Positions 14,301 through 25,300 of a DNA stretch of 64,000 nt are shown in pieces. Under the pieces are notes generated by a model, which saw only the letters and a list, made by a program, of their open reading frames with translations, was not told the origin of the DNA and made no database searches. The number at the start of each line of letters is the position of its first letter. Positions within the stretch are counted from its first letter, which is position 1. This DNA is from Bugula neritina. Lineage: Eukaryota; Animalia; Bryozoa. The position numbers and the translations under genes are program-made. The DNA lies in assembly GCA_964035545.1 (NCBI GenBank), contig OZ037771.1:5489190-5553189 (forward strand), given 5' to 3'.

Positions 14301-15150
14301 CATTACCAATTTAACAGTCCAACATACTTACATTTACCTTAGCAATATCACACAGCTTTACATATACTTTACCAACACAACAGACTTACATTTAATAATT
14401 TGACAATACAACATACTTACATTTACTTTAACAATACTACAGACTTACATTTACTTTAACAAGATCGTATCCCAGGATGTGAGAGACAAAAACATTTACA
14501 GGAAGAAGGCATTCTTCAGCTTTGGGTTGGCAGACAGATTCTCGGTCTATCACTTTCTGAGTGTAGATGCTTCCATTTACTGAATGGATGTAAAAGTATG
14601 GGGAAATTCCCAATATGGAAAACCTAAAGCAATACTATGTATAATAATATATAGATATAATAATATGTATGTTGCATTATGTAAAAAACCTCTCAATAAA
14701 CACCATGCAATCATTTACTCAAAATATGAATGTTCCAGGCAAAAGTCGCAATTTAATAAGCCCAGATTTACAGTTTCCTAATTTGATTAAACTCAGTTCA
14801 TTAGCTAAATTATGTAACATTCACCTGTCTTTGCTTGTCATCCGGAAACAATTTTTTTCAAGTTTTATTGATCGATGAAGATATAAACAACTTATTTGAA
14901 GTAAAAGGATACTTATGAAACATTTGAGGTTGAGCGAGCAGATTAGTAGTTGATCAGGAAAATATAGTGGTACTTGCCTCGTACTCTTTAACTTTTCCAC
15001 AGGATAGTCTTTGACTGGACTGAGATCTGTTAGTTTAATAACCAATTGAGGGAAAGTCTCTTCCTGAATATTTACTGTGACCGTAGCACTATGAGCTGGT
15101 GTAGAATACCATAGCAATGCCAAAGATAGAATGCAGAGTCGCGCTCTCAT
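11338..15150 (-). CDS. Protocadherin-like cadherin, 5' part (signal peptide + EC1-EC3); exons 15150-14978, 14623-14449, 13446-13266, 12872-12734, 12134-11914, 11525-11338; downstream exons not identified
   Basis: Phase-consistent splicing gives MRARLCILSLALLWYSTPAHS (signal peptide), IDRESVCQPKAEEC (protocadherin-type EC1 DRE-C-C motif), IIEDVDDNLPVF, AVDLD, VEDENDNEPVF, ATDKD, AQDHGTPSLSS, VTDVNEYAPV. First coding intron needs a GC donor (AG|GCAAGT). Confidence 0.9.
14195..14462 (-). repeat. Degenerate ~29-bp tandem array, each unit carrying a copy of the exon-2 splice donor (AT|GTAAGT-like)
   Basis: Plus strand shows about 9 units of (G/T/C)ACTTACAT-like motifs at ~28-35-nt spacing, beginning at the real donor (14448). 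Confidence 0.75.
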
Positions 15151-17136
15151 TGTGTCAAGGTTTAGTGAATGGTGAAGATCTCTCTGTAGAACAATATAGA
15201 TTACAGAAATATATTTAAGGTATAGCCAAATAATTAATGACAAAAATAATTTGTTCAATCACTGATACATAATATTTTAGGTTGAGTTTCCATGGAAAGC
15301 AAAATATTTCCTTTTTTTGAGATTTCCTTTAAAAATCTTGTGTCTTTCAACACTTCTAACAAAATTATTAAATGTTTGGAAATTTCTAAATTTGCTCAGC
15401 AGATAAACTTAAAAACTAAGAGTTCTTATCTATCTAATACTTATACCCTTATGGTAACTGTTCTTTGGCAGAGCTTAACATAATTCTTTAATATAATAAT
15501 ACTAATAATATTTTGTTATAACTTCAACTTGTAATTATAAGTGAGTTGCTTCATCATTATTGTACAGAATTCAAAACTCTACCAGTCAGGTTTGTGTCTG
15601 CAGCTAATAATCCAACACATGAAAAAAGCTTGCTAAATCCTGAGGCCATTGAGCTTTTGTAACCAATTATCATGCTCCTTAGTTGTTAGAAAAGCTTTTA
15701 ACAAGCAACCAATAATGTATGATAAGCCAGTGAAAAAGCAAAACAATAAAGCTACGAAAAATACTTCAGCTTTCACTTGATATTCTAAGCCTTTATTTTA
15801 GAGTCCAGGATCGAGATGACCTCTCAATATAAATATTACTACTAGTGATAGAAAAATAATTTCTGCAGTTGTTTTTTGATATACTTTTCATGACAAAAAT
15901 AATTCAGCTAGCACATGAATACATCAAAATTATTAGATTTAATGGCAATAATAATTCTAATAATATCTATCAGTAATAATAATAATAATACACATTAAAT
16001 GTGCAAAAGCACAAGTTAGCGCAGCACCTGCTTTCTGATGATCAGTTAACTAAATACAGGCATATCCCATAGCCTCCTTTAGTTTTTATAACTGCTATTA
16101 AATGTAGACTACTAAATTCAGTTAATATGTTGAGTGAATATTTCTACCTTTACAACTTACCTTGACCATCTTGCTGAAGATGCACTTCTGTACTATTCAG
16201 CCTTGTATTGGCTCGCTGTTATATAATCAACCATTGTGTGCATATAAAGCCTTTGTTTTCCTTGTTAACCATAATGATGGACAGTAGCTCCTTGGTGACT
16301 GGCTAATCACGTTTAATAACATATTCCTCTATCTACCAGGTGACCAATCTTGATCTGAACATGACATGTGATCATTTCCCAATAATGCAGTAAGCTTAGC
16401 AATGGTTCCTGAGACAAAAGCTCCCAGCTCATAGATCATTAATGCTTGCGCTTGCAACTGTTATTTCTTGAAAATTAGACTTAATGGTGAGTATTAGAAC
16501 ATATGCTAAGCATACTAAATATAGACTTCAACATTAGAAAATAAATAATACTCCTTGAGACTTGGAGCTATTTTATTGCACCAACCGTGAAACTTGGGCA
16601 CATTGTCACGACATTCAATGCTATGGAAACATGTAGAAAATATCAATGCAGAATAAAATAATTTTCTGGTTTGAATTTAAAGAAGAACTTAATGTTTAGA
16701 TGTAATGATAACTACAGCGGAATAGTTTAAAATGGCTCAGATCGTAATGTAAGAAGTAAGTGATGTTTAACACAAAGTACTTGAGACCAATTTTGGCTTT
16801 CTCTATTTTTAACAATAATTATAATACAATATACATCACTAGTTTCATTTCATTCAGCAGTATACTGGCTGGAGAGTATAAAAGATATAGCTTGAGAAAC
16901 AAATATCACAATACAGCTCTGATATATTTGAATAAACTAGCTAAAAGTACCCAAATATCTTGAGCCCAAATAAAATATTTGATCAAGTTACAATGCTGTG
17001 AAATATTCAGCTTATCAATATTGTTTTTACTAATGGCAAGTTATTATAATATATAACAGGTAAGGTGCTTAATGCTGTAAGCAGTATAACATAATATTAT
17101 GGTGACCCTATTTATAGTTATACAAACTTGTACCAC

Positions 17137-17241
<105 letters not shown>

Positions 17242-17925
17242 AAGAGAAAGAAATTACATTGCAGCACTAAATATATTTAGGTGCTAGGTGCTGGTAGTAT
17301 TATTATCTGCACTTTTAAAACTCTGTACAACTTAACAATCTTTTAGTGTTTGCTGTTGACTAATGGGCCAACATGACTAAAAACTAATAGCTTATGACTT
17401 GTTTAGCTGCAGAAAAATTAGCACAAAAATATATGTTTTATATTTAAAAAGTTTTTCTACAGTTTATTAATTGTATAATCCCAACAGATAATTATCTAAG
17501 CTAAATGGAATGAGAATTTGATAATTGTTGGAGTTTGCTTTAATTCCATCCACGCAGCTAGTTACACAGTTACTCAGATAAAACTTAGAAAAATTATTCT
17601 CGCAAAAAAAAACCTTGAAATCTTAAAAAAAATTTAATTAGCTACTCATTTAGTCTATGAAGCAATTCTAGCTAAACTGTGTTGCATAACTCATGCTCAG
17701 CATTGAACTCTCTCGCGGCGTTTAGAAAGCATACATAAAAATAATTACCAGGCTTTATTTATAAAAAATTAGAATAGTTTTTTTATTAAAAAAGTTAGAA
17801 TAATCTCCCCTGAGTTCTCAATAGTATTTCCATCAATGAGCTGTTACCATAAATGATAATGTGAAAGTAGTGTAAACTCTGGCAATGCACTACCAAACCA
17901 CTGATATCAATCTTAAAAGCTATTA

Positions 17926-17993
17926 ACGAACTTTTATTCCTTTCTAAACGAACTTTTATTCCTTTCTAAACGAACTTTTATTCCTTTCTAAAC
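17926..17993. repeat. 22-bp tandem repeat x3 (AACGAACTTTTATTCCTTTCTA)
   Basis: Direct observation. Confidence 0.9.
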
Positions 17994-18171
17994 GCTGGAC
18001 TGCTAGCGTAGATATATAGTATATTCTTATAGTCAAAAAGTGACATTATTATGCAAATTAGTCCATAACGACACTTAGCATTTGGTTTCTTTTAAAATTT
18101 ATTGTAGCCCGCAAACATAGCTTCACAAAACTTCATAATAGGAAGTGATTATATGCCGACTGTTCCACCAA

Positions 18172-20517
18172 TCAAGTCATGGTGGAATTGTAAACAGAGT
18201 CTGCTCTATGTTTATATGGTAGAAGAAAGTTTTTCCAGTTGGCTAGTGCATGAGAGCAAGTTCCAGAGTTGATGCAGCGGGCAAGAGAGCCAGCAGTGAG
18301 TATTATGCCCAGGACTATGCAACCGGTGCTCATTAACAAGATGAACTTCTTTACCTTGCGCTTATTCAACTCACTTGGGATATTTTCTTCTGCTTGGGCT
18401 GTTAGACCTACAACATTAAATTCAGTAGATCATTTTGTGATGCTAGTCTGTAGAATGGTTTTATAAGCAGCTCCGAGTTGTAGGTCAATGAGTGCAGTAG
18501 TTCAGAGGGAGGGGTTTGGGGGTTGGGAGTTAGGGACATAACTCCAAACTACTGCACTCATTCACCACCAACTCGGAGCTGCTTATAGAATCATTCTAAT
18601 CTGTAATGCAAACAGTTGCTGTTAGTGTAAGTTCATCTTTATAAATCCACTCACATGTGAAGAATAGAGGGATCCACCCAAGTACAGGGAAACAAACACA
18701 GGCTATAAAAGCACAAGCCATAGTCTGTGTAGTTGACGGGTCATACTCATCAGACACCAAGGTCTGTGTTAGTTCTTCATTATCCTCTGTCATCCCCTGG
18801 TGATATGTAAAACTTCATAGAAAAATTGAGTTTAGCACACCAGACTGCATATAATTATCTACATATTAAAATGTTTGTTTTGCCACTGTTCCTGCAAAAA
18901 CTGCTTGTATGGAATACGCCTCAAACTCTGCTAGAAACACTGCTTCTAAATTAACCAACTTTTTGCTAACTGTTGGAATTAAGTTTTAGCAATATTTATA
19001 ATTCAAAACAACATCCTACAATGCAAAGAGCCAACAACCCATGTGTATGTATGTACACTACTTTGTTATATATGTTCTAGTACTATAGAGTACCCAGCAC
19101 TCTAATAGAGTACTCAGCACTCTAATACTCAGTACTTTAGTACTCTAGTACGCTAGTACCCAGTACTCTAGTACTCAGTACTCTAGTATACTTGGTATGA
19201 CTCACATGTATAGGGCATGGTCTAGTTGATACACTAGCAGGCAAGGAAAGCTGGAAAGATGCTGTGTGTGGTGCAGGTAATTGGTACACATTCAGACTAC
19301 TATATGCAGGGGGAAGACCACCAGGTATCTCTGTTTTCTGACCTAAAGCATTAGAGTCATCGTTATACTAATTTTTGGTACCTATAATAAATATTATTAT
19401 TTTCTACAGAAGGATTAAATTTGTGTAATATATTTGTTTTGCAGCACCTATAACATAATAGCTACACTTATTACTTGATTATTATATATAGTAGTCAGTA
19501 CTGTAAGTGTGCTGTAAGTGTGCTGTAAGTGTGGAAATATGGTTTTCCAAATTATTGCAAATAACGGTATTGCAAGGAGTGTTTTTTTTCCTTTTTAAAC
19601 CAAAACTTGAACATCTCTAACCACCAGAAAAAAATACTTTGGCTTTTTTATACTTTTAAAACTAAAGTGCTGTATTATACCTGGAGAAATGTTAAGTAAA
19701 TCATCACTTTTGGGAGAAGATGCTTTTAGACTTTGCATATGTAATATAACATCAGCTGGGTTGGCTTCATGGAGCTTTACTTCAGAAGCACTTGACGTAG
19801 CTTGTTCTGTGATCACACTACTATCAGTTGCTGCTTTTCCTTCAACATTTATATCTCTTTCTGCAGCTGTACTTTCTTCTAATAAAGTGTTATCTGCAGC
19901 TGAATTTCTGTAATGAACTATGGGTTGGTACAGAGTTAATTGATTATGAATTGACTGCTGAATGAAATATAGAATGGCAATCAAATAGTATTTTTGATAC
20001 CAAATAATATTAATTAGTATATAATATTATCTTGCACAAGCAGTACCTATTTTAAATTATGATATTGTTTTTCAAATTATCAAATATAGTGATCTTTGCA
20101 TAATTGTAAATGGCAAAGATTAACATTTTACAGGGTCTAATTTATGCCAACCTGCTGTATGATTTAAAAAAATTTGTTGAAATAAATAATATTTATCAGA
20201 ATTTTTTCACTAACCAAATGCATAACGGTAACATGTGACTAAAATATTTTGTGCTGAGTATACAAGTACAAGCTGGAATTTTTATTTTAAAAACAACCTG
20301 GGTAAAATAAGAACAACAGTGAAAACTATCATTCCCATGATATAAGCTAAAATATTCTAACACCAAACTATAAATCTAATGCCAACAGCTAATCTTTATA
20401 CAGCATGAATCTCATTATACTTTTCAGTTAATGATGAGTTGTAGCCTTACCAGGTTCAAAATCTGTGCTGGGCAGAGTGACAGAGCCTTCTGTTTCTTTA
20501 TTGTTACTCTTATCCAT
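18172..20517 (-). CDS. CD225/dispanin-like (IFITM/PRRT-type topology) membrane protein with PPxY motif; exons 20517-20451, ~19899-19681, 19342-19206, 18796-18655, 18407-18172
   Basis: Spliced product: disordered N-terminus with LPPAYSSL, then MACAFIACVCFPVLGWIPLFFTCLTAQA, charged loop, KKFILLMSTGCIVLGIILTAGSLA. The last three junctions are GT-AG and phase-consistent; first exon and exon-2 acceptor are less certain. Family call is by motif pattern only. Confidence 0.68.
18451..18598. mobile_element. MITE-like hairpin element (~52-bp imperfect TIRs, TA at both ends) in an intron
   Basis: TAGAATGGTTTTATAAGCAGCTCCGAGTTG...AATGAGTGCAGTAGTT matches the reverse complement of AACTACTGCACTCATT...CAACTCGGAGCTGCTTATAGAATCATTCTA. 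Confidence 0.8.
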
Positions 20518-20882
20518 GACTTCACTAAACTATCTAATATGTATGCACTATTTCATTGAGTGCTATATGCTGAAATGAAGCTACTGTTAAAAAATATTTT
20601 GCTGTTCTAATTCTAAAGAAATCTTCTGCAATGCTTATATTTTTCAAATTCTTGAAATATTATTCTGAAATGCAACAATTATTAGTATCTTCACAATTAA
20701 CATAGCAGGCTAACCTGCAACAAAGCTATTTCCGGTAGAATACACATTATCATGCTCACTATGCTGTAACTGTGAAAAGTTGAGGCATAGAATAATCTAG
20801 TTGATGAGAAAACTCTTATTCTAAGATTTCAACACTTTAACTTTTTTATAGTCTGTCCACAAAATGTTTTGATCGAAAATAT

Positions 20883-21278
20883 TGTAGTAGATTTTTGAGT
20901 TAACTTTAAAATTGTCTTCTCTTGCACTATAATTTTAACTGTCCATATTTCTTTGTCCGATTCGGCATGCCCGAAGTTTAGGGTGTACGATTTTAGCCGC
21001 GATCGGGTGGAACATTCTAGAAGTCTGGGCGTCCGAACTTCGGGGCTCCTGATGTTCAAAGCGTCTGATTTCTAGAGTATAGAAGGAGGCGAGTTTCCAG
21101 TGTAGTTCAGTCTACCACTGGAGCTTGCCAAGGACAGACTTCGGATATAGACTTTTATATTATATCTTTTACACTACGTAATAAAACCTTCTACACCTGG
21201 AAACCTTTCTGCTCTCTTCTCTTACTCACAAGGAGTTATGTTCTCCGGTTTATTATTCCAACCCGCAAAACTATCACA
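20883..21278 (+). mobile_element. Solo LTR (396 bp)
   Basis: TGTAGTAG...CTATCACA termini (TG..CA, imperfect IR), ATAT direct repeat on both sides (20879-20882, 21279-21282), CpG-rich relative to flanks, TATA-like TATAGAA (~21078) followed by AATAAA (~21180). No visible similarity to the LTRs at 41611/48807. Confidence 0.75.
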
Positions 21279-22364
21279 ATATGATGAGATAATTTAATTA
21301 TATGCTGGATTTGGTATGCATATAAATTTATTGTTTAATAAAAGTATTGCTCAAAAATAAATAAAATAATAATTGTACTAATACATTGTTTTAATATGAT
21401 GAACTGTGACAAAAAGCGTTCCTACCACAGGCTAACAAGTAAGCTACTTGCTTAATAAGACAGAACCATAAGGTATTTTTGAGTTATAAAAAGACATGAC
21501 TAAATAATACTTTATCAACTGACAGGGACACTACCACTTAGCAAACATGGCAAATATACAAGGACAACCCAATTTCTATGTCATACACAGTAAGCGAGGA
21601 AATACTAAAGGAAGAAATAGAAAAATTGTACGACTGCAGAGGGGAGTTTTGCAAAGACAGACATCTATGAGAAAAGACATGAATTAGAAAAGAGAAGGGA
21701 TATAATGACAGGGGTGTAGATGGCTGAGCAACTAATGGATATATCACAGTTTGGGGGGGGGGAGGGGGTTCTTAACACGCAAGCTAAATGCAGACCCTTT
21801 GAATATTTCAAGCTTCACACATTGAGATGTAGAAGCTCTACTCGTCTATACTAGTCACACAATCACACAGACATTCTACGCTGTAAGATAATATTAATAA
21901 ACTCTAGCACCATAAATTATTTCATGAATGGAGATTGTCTACCCTGCTAACTCACACAACATGTAGCAATATAATAACATAAAAATATTATATACTAATA
22001 GATCATACCAAATTAACAAAAATAAACTAGCACAATGATTACTTTACTGAAGACGGCTCATATCACAAACACATATGAAAAATACACCCTGGGGACATTT
22101 TATATTAGCTTCTAAGTTTCCAATTCATTGAACCATTCTTTCATGGCATCATTTCCTTATAAGGTCAAGACCTTTTGCCAGTTCATGTTCAACAAAATGC
22201 CACAACTTAGATTTTGGCATATATATGTTAAGTTGAAACTATTCCAGAAAAATTAACTTTGAACTAAGATGATCTTAAGTGAAGCTATATATCTAATGTA
22301 TGTAGTTCACAGTACTTGACACTTGAATTATTATGTAATTAGGCCACAGTGGCACAGCACAACT

Positions 22365-25300
22365 TCACACAAAGCAGTTAAGAGTCTGATGAAACTCCTG
22401 CAGACAGACCAACATCTGAGTGAGACTGGGCCTGTCTCGGGGCTGCATGGCCCAGCAGTACGCCATCACCGCAAACAGCTCATCTGGGCAGTTGATAGGC
22501 TGCAGCAACCTGTATCCAGACTGCAGGTAGCCTGAGATCTCAAAGGCATCCACATCAGAGTACGGCTGCTGAGCAAAGGTTATCAACTCCCAAAGCAGAA
22601 CTCCAAAAGACCACTGCAAGAAAATCAGATAATTAGACAAACAGAGTTCTAAACTGCATATAGACATGCAAGTTCAAAGTATTAAAAGAGTATAGCAATA
22701 GAACTAGTAGAGTATAGCAATAGAACTAGTATAGTATAGCAATAGTACTAGTAGAGTATAGCAATAGAACTAGTAGAGTATAGCAAAAGTACTAGTATAG
22801 CATAGCAATAGAACTAGTAGAGTATAGCAACAGTACTAATAGAGCACATTAATGTATATAATATATAATATTAGCACGTAGCTTACAGTATCCATAGAAT
22901 GTATAATATTAGCATGTAGCTTATACTATAAGCAGAGTGTATATTAGCATGTAGCTTACAGTATCAGTAGAATAAGAATATCTCTTATCGACCAGAGTTT
23001 CCACAGCCATCCACTTCACAGGTTTGTTCTCATTGTCTCCTAAACACGTGTAGTCATCAGGGAAAAAGTCTCTGCTTAGAGCGTAGTCCATCAGCTTTAC
23101 ATTGTAATTACTATCCACACTACAAAACAGGAAGTGGAGTCTAGCTTAGCATTCTATAAATCATACTTCAGTGATGTCCATTCTGTTAACACAAATGTTC
23201 ATTTATTGGTCGACTACTTAGAAAAATTTCTAAATTATCAAAACAAATGAATTAAAAAGTTATAACACTTCATTAAATAAAACTTTGGTGCAGCATTTCT
23301 AAACAGAATAATGTTTGTGGTAGATATTCACCAGCAATTCCTTGTGGCGACATCTTTGTGTATTATGTGTTTCCTGTGGAGGTAGTGCAACCCTTTGACT
23401 ACCTGAATAGCTATGTTGACCAGCTGTTGAGTGTTCAGACACTGTAGATAAAACACCAGTTATGATATAATACAGAAAAGCACAGATAAATTACTTGAAA
23501 TAAAATATAGACACAGAAATATATGTTGTTGACAACACGCACTGGACATTCACTACGCCCCCATGCTTCAAATTATGCAAATGGATTTGTCATTCGATTC
23601 CTGGGGACAGTGTCAATCGAATAAAACCACAACCACAGGTCAATGCAAACCACAACCGCAAATCCATCTACACAGCATCTATCCCAACCATGAGAATGTA
23701 GTCATTAAGTCAAATCTATGTATCATTTGAAGCTAACTACTTCTGTTCTGCTATAAGTTGACTTACAGGTAAGTGATGAGTTACTCTGTTGGATTGTAGG
23801 AGGAGGGTCTTGAGGTTACCCTTATCAGAGTGAGGGTAGACGAGTAGAGGGGGCTGATCCAAACACACACCTATCACAGGGTTGATGAACTGGTGGTTGA
23901 GGCCTTTAAGCAGGCAACTTTCTGTCAGCATAGTTCTAGTTTGTTCTTCAGAGGTCTCTGCTATAATATACCATGTGATAATATACTGTGTGATAACATA
24001 CTATATGATAATATACTGTGTGATAATATACCATGTTATAATATACTGTGTGATAATATACCATATGATAATATACTATGTGATAACATACCGTGTGATA
24101 ATGTACTGTGTGATAATATACCGTGTGATAATATACCGTGTGATAATATACCGTGTGATAATATACTATGTGATAATATACCGTGTGATAATATACCGTG
24201 TGATAATATACTATGTGATAATATTATACCATATGATAATATACTGTGTGATAATATACTGTGTGATAATATACCATGTTATAATATACTGTGTGATAAT
24301 ATACCATATGATAATATACTATGTGATAATATACCGTGTGATAATATACTGTGTAATAATATACCGTGTGATAATATACTGTGTAATAATATACTGTGTG
24401 ATAATGTACTGTGTGATAATATACCGTGTGATAATATACTGTGTGATAATATACCGTGTGATAATATACTGTGTAATAATATACCGTGTGATAATATACT
24501 GTGTAATAATATACTGTGTGATAATGTACTGTGTGATAATATACCGTGTGATAATATACTGTGTGATAATATACCGTGTGATAATATACTGTGTGATAAT
24601 ATACCGTGTGATAATATACTGTGTAATAATATACCGTGTGATAATATACTGTGTAATAATATACTGTGTGATAATGTACTGTGTGATAATATACCGTGTG
24701 ATAATATACTGTGTGATAATATACCGTGTGATAATATACTGTGTAATAATATACCGTGTGATAATATACTGTGTGATAATATACTGTGTGATAATATACT
24801 ATATGATAATATACTGTGTGATAATATACTATGTGATAATATACTGTGTGATAATATACTATGTGATAATATACTGTGTGATAATATACTGTGTGATAAT
24901 ATACTATATGATAATATACTATATGATAATATACTATGTGGTAATATACTATGTGATAATATACTGTGTGATAATATACTATGTGATAATATACTGTGTG
25001 ATAATATACTATGTGATAATATACTGTGTGATAATATACTATGTGATAATATACTATATGATAATATACTATATGATAATATACTATAGGATAATATACT
25101 GTGTGATAATATACCGTATGATAATATACGCTGACAAATACTAACCGGATGCTGACTTTATAAGTACTTTCTGCTCATAGCATTCCTCCGTCTCATCCTG
25201 TACATACACCACCCCGTGATACAGCTTACCAAAACCTCCTGAAAACACAACTGTCTTGTTTACAGCATACTTACTACTATATCTACCCTATCCTATGCTA

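Noticed and set aside
23882-25144. 420-aa and 398-aa plus-strand ORFs (VIIYC / CDNIL repeats)
   Set aside because: Stop-free frames of a 15-bp minisatellite lying antisense within an RYK intron.
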